The translations under genes were made by a program, and so were the position numbers. Shown here piece by piece: positions 48,364 to 57,470 of a DNA stretch of 64,000 nucleotides. A model generated the notes under the pieces. That model ran no database searches, was not told the origin of the DNA, and worked only from the letters and a program-made list of their open reading frames with translations. Position 1 is the stretch's first letter; each line of letters starts with the position of its first letter. The stretch spans positions 14,456-78,455 of the forward strand of contig JBOGET010000017.1 of NCBI GenBank assembly GCA_050741975.1. Reading direction: 5' to 3'. This stretch comes from Acidimicrobiia bacterium (GTDB lineage: Bacteria; Actinomycetota; Acidimicrobiia; Spongiisociales; ZC4RG35).

Positions 48364-49641
48364 CTAGACCGCCAGGTATTGGTCCAGGGCGCCCTCGTCG
48401 AAGGGCCCTACCGCCCCGATCATCCGCTGGCCCGTGTACAGCTCTTCGGCTATGGCCTGGACGTCCTCCAGGGTGGCCGCCTCCAACTTGGCCAGTCTCT
48501 CGTCAACCGACAGGTGGGGCATGCCCGCCAGCTCGTCCCGCCCCAGTCGGACCATCCGGCTGTTCGGGTCCTCCAGGGCCAGGGCGAGACCGCCCCGCAT
48601 CGAGCCCTTCGCCCGCTCCAGCTCCTCGACGGTGATCCCCTCCTCGACCACCTTGGCCAGCTCGTCCCGGATCACGTTCATCGCCGTGTCCGTCTGAGTC
48701 GGCGTGGTCCCGATGTAGACCCCCCAGGCCCCGGCGTCGGCATAGGCCATCTTGAACCCATAGACGGCGTAGGCCAGACCCCTCTCCTCGCGAATCTCGC
48801 GGAACAATCGCGAAGACATCCCTGCCCCCATGACATGGTTGAGCACCTCGAAAGCCCACCGCTTCTCGTCGCCGCGGGTGAGCCCTTTGCCCCCGATGAC
48901 GATGTGGGCCTGCTCGGTCTCCCGGCGTGTGATCTTGACCACGGGCCATGGTGCTGCGGGCCCGTGCTCGTGCTCCACGGTCTCCCCTGACCAGTCACCG
49001 AACCGCTCGGCGACCATCTCCACCACCGTCTCGTGGTCGATGGACCCGGCGGCGGCGACCACCATCGATCCCGCCCCGTAACGACGTTTCCAATAGCCAT
49101 GGATGTCGTCCCGGGACATGCCCCGGATCGACTCCCGGGTCCCGAGGACGGGCGCCTCGAGAGGATGGTCGACGAAAACCGCCACGGTGAAGTTCTCGAA
49201 GGCGACATCGTCGGGGTCGTCGTCGTTCATGTTGATCTCCTCGATCACCACCTGACGCTCGGCATCGATCTCGTTCTGCCTGAAGGCGGGTCGCTGGATC
49301 ATCTCGGAGAGGACGTCGAAACCGGTGCCCAGGTCCTGATCGAGGAGACGGGTCCAGTAGCAGGTGCTCTCCTTGGAGGTGAAGGCGTTCGACTCCGCCC
49401 CGATGGCGTCGAAGATCTCCGACACCTGACGGGCCGACAGCTTCTCGGAGCCCTTGAACAGGAGGTGCTCGAGGAAGTGGGAGGCGCCATGCTCATTGGG
49501 CAGCTCATCACGGGTGCCGGTGTCGATCCAGCAGCCGAGGGCGACCGAGCGGAGAGCGGGCATGGGCTCGGTGATGACGCGAAGCCCGTTGGGCAGGGTG
49601 GTCAGGTCGTAATGCACGGGAAGAGTGTATGGAGCTTCCAT
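48364..49641 (-). CDS. M16 (pitrilysin) family zinc peptidase
   Basis: HFLEHLLFKG inverted zinc motif. 425 aa. Confidence 0.85.
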   Translation of the reverse strand: MEAPYTLPVHYDLTTLPNGLRVITEPMPALRSVALGCWIDTGTRDELPNEHGASHFLEHLLFKGSEKLSARQVSEIFDAIGAESNAFTSKESTCYWTRLLDQDLGTGFDVLSEMIQRPAFRQNEIDAERQVVIEEINMNDDDPDDVAFENFTVAVFVDHPLEAPVLGTRESIRGMSRDDIHGYWKRRYGAGSMVVAAAGSIDHETVVEMVAERFGDWSGETVEHEHGPAAPWPVVKITRRETEQAHIVIGGKGLTRGDEKRWAFEVLNHVMGAGMSSRLFREIREERGLAYAVYGFKMAYADAGAWGVYIGTTPTQTDTAMNVIRDELAKVVEEGITVEELERAKGSMRGGLALALEDPNSRMVRLGRDELAGMPHLSVDERLAKLEAATLEDVQAIAEELYTGQRMIGAVGPFDEGALDQYLAV

Positions 49642-49724
49642 CCATACACTTGTTCAACGTAGGACGTGGACGCCAGGACGCAGAACGAGGTGTGACCCCT
49701 GATGGGAGGCGGGGTTTGACACCT

Positions 49725-51833
49725 ATGAGACAATGGTCAGCTATGCGCGGACGGGATCAGACCTTTCTCGCCGACCTGATCGGGCCCGAAGATCAGGCGA
49801 TCGAGGCTGTCGTCAGCCGTTATCAGCGTGTGGCCCCGGCGGTGACCCGGTTTGCCCGGACCCTGTCCCAGAACCCGAATCTGCGGGTCCGGCTCGGCCC
49901 GGAGGCGGCGGCCTCGGACGACGAGGTGGTCTGCGACCCCCGGATCTTCCAGGCCGCCTATCACCGCAACGCCCCGGTCACCCCGGACGAAGTGGCCCTG
50001 GCCTCCGCCCTTCACGAGGTGATGCACCTGGTGTCGACCAACCTCGACGAGACTAGAGAGCTCCCCGACGACTGGCCGGTCGATGGCGAGGTCGCCCCGG
50101 AGACGAGACTCGACCTGCTCACCGCCCTCGAGCGCACCCACAAGCCGGTGGCCGAGGTCCTCTTCTTCTCCCTCGAGGATGCCAGACAGGAGGCCCAGGG
50201 TCTCTCCGTCTATCCAGGGGCACGCTCGGTGCTGGCCGACCTCTACCTGTCCGCCCTGGGTCAGACGATCAGCCGCTCCGGGGCACTGAGTCAGTTCGTT
50301 CTCGGGTGCTTCCTCCTCACCGGGGGATATGTCGACCGTGATCTCCTCGAACGGCGATTCGACCCGAGGGCGGCCACGGCCATCGACGACGCAAGTCACC
50401 ACTGCGAGCTGGCCTCCGAGTCGGACGACCCCTGGGAGGTGGCCAGGCTCGCCCTGGAGCTGGAGGCGATCGCCAGGGCACACGGGCTGATCACCGAGAT
50501 CCCGGAGAGCGCGACCAATGCCCACCGCCACATGGCGGCCAAGGCCGATGCGGAGCAGGCGGCCGAGGGGGTCGACTCCGTCCGGATGACGTCGCCGATA
50601 GTCGCCGACTTCGAGTCCTACCAGGACACCCGCCGCTCGGCCGAGGCGCGATCCGGCATGTCCGACCGCAAGGGCGCCTCCGATGTGGCCGGCGAGGAGT
50701 CCACGGACCAGCTGCTCAGGGTGAGCCAGGCACCCGATGTCTTCCTCCCCACCGGGCAGGGGGGCAAGCTGATCGTGGGGCCCATCCCCTCCTCTTTCTC
50801 CCGGTTCTCCGTCGAGGGTGTCGAAGCCCTGGCACGGACCGCCCAAGCCTGGGGGCTCGCCCGGCGTCGGGTCGCGGGCGAGCTGTTCCCCCTCTTCGCC
50901 GCCAACCAGCGCCGGGGGCTGCGCTCCGGTTTCGATCAGGGTGACGTCTCCCCGCACGCCGCCCTGTTCATCGGCGCCGGTCTTTACCAGCGGTTGTACG
51001 AGCGCAGGGCGGCGCGGACCCGCAGAACCTACGCGGTGTCCCTTCTGGTCGACGCATCGGCTTCGATGCTTAGCCCGGGCAAAGGAGGCGGGACCCGTAG
51101 CTCCTGGGCTATGCCCGCCGCCATGCTCGGGGCCTGGACCATGGCCCACCTCTGTGACGAGCTCCAGATCGACTTCGAGGTGGCACTGTTCAACCGTGGC
51201 TTCGCTGCCCGGCCCGACGACACCGAGGAGTCCTACCGGCGGAAGCGCTCGGCGGCCACCGCCGGCCTACGACGTACGCAAGGGGCCGCTGCCGATCGGC
51301 TCACCTCGACGGTCAACCACTACGTCGTCAAGCCTTTCGAACGCCGCTGGCATGACTCGGAATCCGCCTTGGCCGGTCTCTTCTACGCCGCAGCCGAGCC
51401 GAAGCGGGCGGCCACCCTGGCCCGGCGCGACCCGACCTCGGCGCCGCCGGTGTCCCTCTTCGAGAAGGCCGCCAACGTCGACGAGTTCAACATCATCCAC
51501 GCCGCCGAGCGCATGGCTCGTCTCGGGGCACAGGTCCGGGTGCTGATGGTCCTCGCCGACGGGATGACCCGGGGATCGCTCGATGCCCTGGCGACCTCGG
51601 TGGCTGCCGTCGAAGCCAGCGGCACCACGGTGATCGGCATAGGGATCGGCGATCACACCGTGGACGAGGCCTACCGTCGCCACGAGGTCGTCTCGCAGCC
51701 GGAGGACCTGGCCCAGGCGATGATCAACGGCACCAGGAACGCGCTCCGCCGTAGTCTTGCTTTCTGGGGCATGGACACCTGGTGGCTGCGGGCATCGGAG
51801 CTCAAGACGAATCAGGAGAGAGGAGTTGCCTGA
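49725..51833 (+). CDS. CobT-like protein (CobT N-domain + C-terminal vWA/MIDAS domain)
   Basis: The N-domain block EVLFFSLEDARQEAQGLSVYPGARSVLADL resembles the CobT EQARVEA block. The C-terminal vWA has MIDAS LLVDASASM, NVDEFNIIHAAERM, VLMVLADGM and IGIGIGDH. Start uncertain (ATG 49725 or 49743). Confidence 0.65.
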   Translation: MRQWSAMRGRDQTFLADLIGPEDQAIEAVVSRYQRVAPAVTRFARTLSQNPNLRVRLGPEAAASDDEVVCDPRIFQAAYHRNAPVTPDEVALASALHEVMHLVSTNLDETRELPDDWPVDGEVAPETRLDLLTALERTHKPVAEVLFFSLEDARQEAQGLSVYPGARSVLADLYLSALGQTISRSGALSQFVLGCFLLTGGYVDRDLLERRFDPRAATAIDDASHHCELASESDDPWEVARLALELEAIARAHGLITEIPESATNAHRHMAAKADAEQAAEGVDSVRMTSPIVADFESYQDTRRSAEARSGMSDRKGASDVAGEESTDQLLRVSQAPDVFLPTGQGGKLIVGPIPSSFSRFSVEGVEALARTAQAWGLARRRVAGELFPLFAANQRRGLRSGFDQGDVSPHAALFIGAGLYQRLYERRAARTRRTYAVSLLVDASASMLSPGKGGGTRSSWAMPAAMLGAWTMAHLCDELQIDFEVALFNRGFAARPDDTEESYRRKRSAATAGLRRTQGAAADRLTSTVNHYVVKPFERRWHDSESALAGLFYAAAEPKRAATLARRDPTSAPPVSLFEKAANVDEFNIIHAAERMARLGAQVRVLMVLADGMTRGSLDALATSVAAVEASGTTVIGIGIGDHTVDEAYRRHEVVSQPEDLAQAMINGTRNALRRSLAFWGMDTWWLRASELKTNQERGVA

Positions 51834-52815
51834 CAAAGTCACCTTCGAAGACCCCTCGGATGAGGGGGCGCCGATAACCCTCGAGAGGTTCGAGATCCCC
51901 GCCGACATCGAGGACATCGAGCTTCGCCTGCGCAAGATCCCCGAGCCCGACCCCCACTACGTCGATTTGGGGATGCTCTACCGGTTCGCCCAGCTGGAAC
52001 AGGCCAGGATGTCCGGCGCCGAGGGCCTGATCCCTCTGCATGTGGCGGTGCGGGGGCACATGGGGACGGGCAAGGACCACGACATCGAGCAGTTCGCCGC
52101 GGCAATGGGTCTCCCCTACTTCCGTATCCCCCTCACCGGAGAGGTCCGCGACGTCACCCTGATCGGATCTACCCGGCTCCACGGCGACGGGAAGGGCGGC
52201 ACCGAGAGTCGATGGGAGGACGGCGACATCACCCGCGCCCTGCGCGGCCCCGCCCTGCTCAACCTCTCCGAGCTGAATGCGGCCGGCGCCGAGACGCTCT
52301 TTGCACTGCACGGCCTGCTCGATCGCTACTCCTCACTCGACCTCCCCACCGGGGAGACGGTGAGACTGCGCGACGACGTCCGGATCTTCGGGACGATGAA
52401 CCCCGCGGATCTCCGTGACTACGCCGGCACCCAGGCCCTGAACAAGGCGTTCGCCGACCGCTGGGTAATATGGGAGAAGAGCTTCCCCGCAGGCGAGCAG
52501 GTCGAGGCCATGCTCACCCGCAGGTACCCCCATCTCAAGGAGGAGTACGTCAAAGCGATTGCACGTCTGGCGGTGGAGGTCAATGCCTCCTTCGAGGCCC
52601 AGGACTCGGGGGTCCGGGTCGAGACGCCGTTGTCGCTCCGCTCGCTGCTGGACCGGATCCCGACCGGGCTGGTGGTGCACATCGACCGCACCGACCCTCT
52701 GCGCGAGGCGTGGGAGGAGTACGTGCTCCCCCACGTCGACCGTTTCGACCGGGACCACTACGAGACCGTCTGGAACGCCGTGGTGCGCAAGGGACCCAGC
52801 ACCAGGCCGTTCTGA
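51826..52815 (+). CDS. CobS-like AAA+ (AAA_5) protein with non-canonical Walker A/B
   Basis: IPEPDPHYV, GHMGTGKDHDIEQ (Walker A), LLNLSELNAAG (Walker B position), IFGTMNP (sensor 1) and GTQALNKAFADRW. TTG 51826 follows AGGAGAGAGGAG and overlaps the upstream stop. Confidence 0.65.
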   Translation: MPDKVTFEDPSDEGAPITLERFEIPADIEDIELRLRKIPEPDPHYVDLGMLYRFAQLEQARMSGAEGLIPLHVAVRGHMGTGKDHDIEQFAAAMGLPYFRIPLTGEVRDVTLIGSTRLHGDGKGGTESRWEDGDITRALRGPALLNLSELNAAGAETLFALHGLLDRYSSLDLPTGETVRLRDDVRIFGTMNPADLRDYAGTQALNKAFADRWVIWEKSFPAGEQVEAMLTRRYPHLKEEYVKAIARLAVEVNASFEAQDSGVRVETPLSLRSLLDRIPTGLVVHIDRTDPLREAWEEYVLPHVDRFDRDHYETVWNAVVRKGPSTRPF

Positions 52816-52857
52816 GCCAGGCCCGCCCAATCGTCCCAGCTGAGTACCGTCGCGGTC

Positions 52858-53940
52858 ATGCCTTATGACCTGGGCAATCCGGACCTCGATGCCATGGTTG
52901 CCGCCTTGGTGGCCGGCGCAACCACGAGCGGCAACGCCGACCTGATCGCCGAGATGATGGTGACCGCGATCAAACTCGGTCGGGACGGGGCCTCACGGGC
53001 CGACCTCAAGCTGATAAACACCGCCCTCAAGGAGATGAGGTACTCGAACCTCGTCTTCTCCCGTCACGACGAGCCCAAGGTGACCATCTACGGCTCGGCC
53101 CGCATCGGTGAGGAGGATCCCAACTACGGGATCACCATGGAGTTCGCCTCGATCATGGCCCAGAGCGGCTGGGGCATCATCACCGGGGCGGGGCCGGGGA
53201 TCATGGAGGCAGGAAGCCGGGGCGCCGGGATCGAGCACTCCTACGGGGTCAACATCAGGCTCCCCTTCGAAGACGAGATCCCGGCCCACATCAACCCGGA
53301 GCGGGTGGTCAACTTCAAGTACTACTTCACCAGGAAGCTCGGCTTCGTCAAGGAGGCGCACGCCTTCGTCCTTCTCCCCGGGGGTTGGGGCACGCTCGAC
53401 GAGACCTTCGAGTTGCTCACCCTGGTCCAGACCGGCAAGAGCGACCTGCATCCGATCGTCCTGCTCGAGGCCGAGGGGACCGACTATTGGAGGCCGATGA
53501 TCGAGTTCATAAAGGAACAGCAACTGGCGCGAGGGCTGATCAGCGAGTCCGACCTCTCCCTGTTCCTCCACACCACCGACGAGAGGGTGGCCGCCGAGCA
53601 CATCTGGCACTTCTACGGCAACTACCACTCGCAACGGTATGCCGGGGGCAGACTGGTCCTGCGTCTCCACGAGGAGCCCTCCGACGAGATGCTGGGGAGG
53701 TTGAACGAAGAGTTCGCCGACATGGTGGTCGCAGGCAGGATCGAGAAGGTCGAGGCCGGCCCGGCCGAGATCGAGGACGGCGACGCCCTCGATCTCCATC
53801 GCATCGCCTTTGTCTTCGATCGCCGGCAATTCGGCCGCCTGCGGCTCATGATCGACCGTCTCAACGATGTCGTCGTCGCCCGCAAACCCTATCGACTCCC
53901 CGAGCCGATGACCGAAGAGCAGGCGGAAAGACCCTGGTAG
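52858..53940 (+). CDS. long LOG-family (TIGR00730) protein, PpnN-like nucleotide 5'-monophosphate nucleosidase candidate
   Basis: YGSARIG...GIITGAGPGIMEA...LLPGGWGTLDE (the PGGxGTxxE LOG motif), with about 70-aa N-terminal and about 130-aa C-terminal extensions. 360 aa. Confidence 0.7.
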   Translation: MPYDLGNPDLDAMVAALVAGATTSGNADLIAEMMVTAIKLGRDGASRADLKLINTALKEMRYSNLVFSRHDEPKVTIYGSARIGEEDPNYGITMEFASIMAQSGWGIITGAGPGIMEAGSRGAGIEHSYGVNIRLPFEDEIPAHINPERVVNFKYYFTRKLGFVKEAHAFVLLPGGWGTLDETFELLTLVQTGKSDLHPIVLLEAEGTDYWRPMIEFIKEQQLARGLISESDLSLFLHTTDERVAAEHIWHFYGNYHSQRYAGGRLVLRLHEEPSDEMLGRLNEEFADMVVAGRIEKVEAGPAEIEDGDALDLHRIAFVFDRRQFGRLRLMIDRLNDVVVARKPYRLPEPMTEEQAERPW

Positions 53941-53990
53941 TGGGGGTTTCACCTTGGGATTAGCCAGCGGTCTCGGACTACCATTGAGGT

Positions 53991-54722
53991 GTGCGCGACA
54001 TCCTCTCCGACCTCGTAGCAGAACAGCAATTCCTGGATCAGTCCCTTCAGAGGATCCCGATCAAGATCTGGGACATGGTCACCCCCTCCAAGCCCTGGAC
54101 GGTCAGGGACACCATCGCCCACCTGGCCGACTACGAGGAGCTGGCGGCGGACACCATCGCCGGCGGCGACAAGCTGAAGCGCTGGCAGAACGCACCCAGC
54201 CTGGTACCGCTTAGGAACGAGGCGATCAAGAAGGGGCGTGCCATGCGTCCTCAAGACGTCATCGAGTGGTGGCGCGGTGGCCGGGCCAAGGTCGTGGAGC
54301 CCCTCTCCCACATGGAGGGCGAGTCCAGGATCGAGTGGATCGAGGGGGACATGAGCGCCCGCACCTTCGCCACCTTCCGGCTGATGGAGACATGGATGCA
54401 TGGTCTCGACATCTATGCCACTCTCGGTCTGGAGGTCGAAGACACACCGAGGATCCGTCACGTCTGCTGGCTCGGCTGGAAGACCCTCCCCCATGCCTTC
54501 AAACACGCCGGTGAGGACTTCGAGCCGATTCGAATCGAGGTCATCGGCCCCGGATACGCGAAGTGGGTCTACGGCCCCGAAGACACGGACCAGCTGATCA
54601 AGGGGTCGGCATCCGAATGGGCCCGGATCGCGGTGCGCCGGATCAAGGCGGAGAAGACCAACCTGAAAGTCACCGGCGAGTTCGCCGAGAAAGCGATGCA
54701 GGTAGCCAGGGCGTACCTGTGA
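53991..54722 (+). CDS. TIGR03084/DinB-like (mycothiol-dependent maleylpyruvate isomerase N-domain) family protein
   Basis: The N-terminus LSDLVAEQQFLDQSL...WTVRDTIAHLA is typical of this family. 243 aa. Confidence 0.6.
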   Translation: MRDILSDLVAEQQFLDQSLQRIPIKIWDMVTPSKPWTVRDTIAHLADYEELAADTIAGGDKLKRWQNAPSLVPLRNEAIKKGRAMRPQDVIEWWRGGRAKVVEPLSHMEGESRIEWIEGDMSARTFATFRLMETWMHGLDIYATLGLEVEDTPRIRHVCWLGWKTLPHAFKHAGEDFEPIRIEVIGPGYAKWVYGPEDTDQLIKGSASEWARIAVRRIKAEKTNLKVTGEFAEKAMQVARAYL

Positions 54723-55510
54723 GCCCACTCCCCCGTCTCGTGGGGATGATCCACCTGCTCCCACTCCCCGGCTCACCCGGATTCAAGGGATCGATGGAGG
54801 AGGTGATCGAGACCTCGGTCTCCGAAGCCAAGGCCCTGGCCGGGATCGGGTTCCCGGCCCTGCTCGTAGAGAACTTCGGCGATGTGCCCTTCCACGCCGA
54901 CCGTTCGGACCCCGAGACGGTGGCGGCCATGACCCTGGCGGTGCGGTCGGTCAAGGAGGCGACGGGAAACCCGGTGGGGGTCAATGTGCTCCGCAACGAC
55001 GCTCTCGGCGCGCTGGCGATTGCTGCGGTCACCGGTGCCGCCTTCATCCGGGTCAACGTCCTCAGCGGGATCATGTACACCGACCAGGGCCCGATCCTGG
55101 GCCGGGCCGACGAGCTCGCCCGACGTCGCGCCAATCTGGCCCCCGAGGTCGAGGTGTGGGCCGACGTCATGGTGAAACACGCCACCCCTCCACCGGGTCT
55201 CGACATCAGACAGGCGGCGGAGGACACGGTGACCCGCGGTCTGGCCGACGCGGTCATCGTCTCCGGGCCTGGCACCGGCGCAGAGCCCGACGTCCACGAA
55301 GCGGGCCTGGTCCGCTCGGTGATCCCCGAGGGGACGAGACTCGTGATCGGGTCCGGGGCCGGAATCGGGAATCTGGGGCGTCTTGCCGAGGTCGCGGACA
55401 CCGTCATCGTCGGCTCATCGATCAAGATCGACGGTCTGGCCACCTCTCCGGTCGACATCTCGCGCGCCACCTCCTTCATCGCAGAGGCGCGGGCGCACGG
55501 GCTGGTCTGA
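54719..55510 (+). CDS. BtpA/SgcQ family protein
   Basis: The GMIHLLPLPGSPG motif is present. GTG 54719 overlaps the upstream stop (GTGA). Confidence 0.7.
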   Translation: MSPLPRLVGMIHLLPLPGSPGFKGSMEEVIETSVSEAKALAGIGFPALLVENFGDVPFHADRSDPETVAAMTLAVRSVKEATGNPVGVNVLRNDALGALAIAAVTGAAFIRVNVLSGIMYTDQGPILGRADELARRRANLAPEVEVWADVMVKHATPPPGLDIRQAAEDTVTRGLADAVIVSGPGTGAEPDVHEAGLVRSVIPEGTRLVIGSGAGIGNLGRLAEVADTVIVGSSIKIDGLATSPVDISRATSFIAEARAHGLV

Positions 55511-55518
55511 CCCGACTC

Positions 55519-56001
55519 CTACAAGGGCCGCCTCCGACGCGATGAGATGACCCCGGTGTTGAAGCCGGCCAGGTGGAGCTTCCCCGAGAAACGGGCATGC
55601 TCGATCTTCAGACATCGGTCCTGTACCACCTGGAGCCCGGCTGCCGCCGCCCTGGCCGCCGCCTCGTCGTGACGCAGGCCCAACTGGAACCAGACCACCT
55701 TGGCCCCGATGGCGATGGCCTCCTCGACCACGCCGGGGAGCTCGTCCCGACGTCGGAACACGTCGACTATGTCGGGGACGACAGGGAGGTCGGCCAGTGA
55801 TGGGTAACTGCGCAGCCCGAGGATCTCTTCGTACATCGGGTTGACCGGGTACATGTCGAGATCGGTCCGGACCAGATACGTGGCCACGAAGTTCGAGGAG
55901 CGGAGGACGTTCGCCGAGACCCCGACCAGGGCCACGGTCCGCGCCGACTGGATGATCTGAAGACGCTCGAGTGCGCTCGCCTCGTGCATCACCGTGGTCA
56001 T
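55519..56001 (-). CDS. CoA-binding domain protein
   Basis: ARTVALVGVS...VNP...DIVDVFRR...VWFQLG pattern. 160 aa. Confidence 0.75.
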   Translation of the reverse strand: MTTVMHEASALERLQIIQSARTVALVGVSANVLRSSNFVATYLVRTDLDMYPVNPMYEEILGLRSYPSLADLPVVPDIVDVFRRRDELPGVVEEAIAIGAKVVWFQLGLRHDEAAARAAAAGLQVVQDRCLKIEHARFSGKLHLAGFNTGVISSRRRRPL

Positions 56002-57284
56002 TCTCTCGCCCTCTCCAGCGCCTGGCCCAGGTCCCAGAGGATGTCGTCGATGTCCTCGAGACCGACCGAAATCCGGATCATCTCGTCGCCAACCCCGGCC
56101 GCCCGGCGCTCCGCCACCGGAACCTGCTGGTGGGTGGTGCTGGCGGGATGGATGACCAGGGTCTTGGCGTCACCGACGTTGGCCAGATGCGATGACAGCT
56201 CGACCCCGGCGATGAACCTGGCGGCCACGTCGAAACCTCCTTTCACCCCGAACGTGAACACCGCCCCCGGGCCCTCGGGGAGGTACTTCGAGGCAAGCCC
56301 GGTCCAGGGGTTGTCGGGAAAGATCGGGTATCTGACCCAGGCCACCTCCGGGTGCTCTACGAGGAACTGGGCCACCCGACGGGCGTTCTCGGTGTGCCGG
56401 GCCATGCGCAGAGACAGGGTCTCCAGCCCGAGGAGGAGGACGAAGGCGTTGAACGGGGACATCGAGGCGCCGATGTCCCGAAGCGTCTCCACCCTCGCCT
56501 TCATCAGATAGGCGTACTCCCGGAAGTTCTCCCAGAACATGAGGTCGTGATAGGCCGGGGAGGGCTCGGTGATCCCGGGGAACTTCCCGTTGTCGAAAGG
56601 GAACAGACCCGACTCCACTATCACGCCGGCGATGGCGACCCCGTGTCCCCCGATGAACTTGGTGGCCGAATGCACCACGATGTCGGCACCGTGCTCGATC
56701 GGACGGCACAGATACGGGGTGGCGAAGGTGTTGTCAACGATGAGCGGTATCCCGTTGTCGTGGGCGATGTCGGCCACCGCCCTAATGTCGAGGATGTCGG
56801 CCGCCGGGTTGCCGATGGTCTCCCCGTAGAGCGCCTTGGTCCTCTCGTTGATCGCCTCCTTGACCGCAGCGTGATCCGAGATGTCCACGAATGTCACGTT
56901 GATCCCCATCCGTCGCAGCGTCACGTCGAATTGGGTGAAGGTGCCGCCGTACAGTGATCTCGAAGCCACGATCTCGTCTCCGGCGTTGCACAGGGTGAAG
57001 ATCGAGATCAGCTGTGCGGCCTGTCCCGATGCCGTGGCCAGGGCCCCAAGACCGCCCTCCAGCGATGCCATCCGCTCCTCGAAGGCGGCCGTGGTCGGAT
57101 TTCCGATCCGGGTGTAGATGTTCCCGAAGTTCTGCAGGGCGAACAGGTCGGCGGCCTGCTGAGCGTCCTCGAACACGAACGACGTGGTGGCATAGATGGG
57201 CATCGCCCTGGCCCCGGTCTCGGGGTCAGGCCGCTGCCCGGCATGGATCTGACGGGTGTCGAACCCGAACTCACGATCTCTCAT
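55998..57284 (-). CDS. metY: O-acetylhomoserine aminocarboxypropyltransferase (sulfhydrylase)
   Basis: FDTRQIHAGQRPDPETGARAMPIYATTSF and the PLP-lysine motif HSATKFIGGHG. Start set at ATG 57284. Confidence 0.85.
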   Translation of the reverse strand: MRDREFGFDTRQIHAGQRPDPETGARAMPIYATTSFVFEDAQQAADLFALQNFGNIYTRIGNPTTAAFEERMASLEGGLGALATASGQAAQLISIFTLCNAGDEIVASRSLYGGTFTQFDVTLRRMGINVTFVDISDHAAVKEAINERTKALYGETIGNPAADILDIRAVADIAHDNGIPLIVDNTFATPYLCRPIEHGADIVVHSATKFIGGHGVAIAGVIVESGLFPFDNGKFPGITEPSPAYHDLMFWENFREYAYLMKARVETLRDIGASMSPFNAFVLLLGLETLSLRMARHTENARRVAQFLVEHPEVAWVRYPIFPDNPWTGLASKYLPEGPGAVFTFGVKGGFDVAARFIAGVELSSHLANVGDAKTLVIHPASTTHQQVPVAERRAAGVGDEMIRISVGLEDIDDILWDLGQALERARE

Positions 57285-57387
57285 CACAGGCGCCGATCGG
57301 GGTGGCGGTGTGTAGCGGTTCGTGTCATGACGGTTCTCCTGTCCTACGCGCTCTTCCGAGCACCGTGACGGATAGCCGTCCTCGGCC

Positions 57388-57470
57388 ACTCATCGTTCAG
57401 GCATTGGCACCGTTCGAGTCGGTTGCCGCGGTTTCCCAGGGCCTGTCCCTCCACCGCTCTTGATGAGCGC
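57388..57470 (-). promoter_or_regulatory. SAM riboswitch, SAM-I clan (SAM-I or SAM-I/IV variant; P4 apparently absent)
   Basis: Minus-strand RNA is GCUCAUCAAGAGCGGUGGAGGGACAGGCCCUGGGAAACCGCGGCAACCGACUCGAACGGUGCCAAUGCCUGAACGAUGAG. It has the hallmark AUCAAGAG, GGAGGGA, GGCCC, GGCAACC and GGUGCCAA blocks and a P1 UCAUC/GAUGA. It lies upstream of metY. Confidence 0.8.

Larger units (their letters stand above)
46047..48367 (+). pseudogene. IS481-family transposase pseudogene
   Basis: The N-terminal HTH VHRNARLTPKGRRIL...GVSRTTACRWW is intact. A frameshift lies near 46435 (RRYES | PGELIHIDIKKLGRIPDGGGW). There is an in-frame TGA at 46676 and a second frameshift near 46790. The ORF is interrupted after ...RRPQLNGK(V) at about 46850 and resumes at 48185 with IERFNRTLLDEWAY... 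Confidence 0.8.

Noticed and set aside
48168-48990. ORFs 48168..48635 and 48217..48990 on the plus strand
   Set aside because: They are out-of-frame readings across the IS481 transposase 3' fragment and antisense to the M16 peptidase, with low-complexity Pro/Arg-rich translations.
50020-50035. HExxH (ALHEVMHLV) in the CobT-like protein as evidence for a metalloprotease domain
   Set aside because: The surrounding sequence aligns, from memory, with the ordinary CobT N-domain, where a His-rich segment occurs. No third ligand or Met-turn context was seen. It is treated as a coincidental motif.
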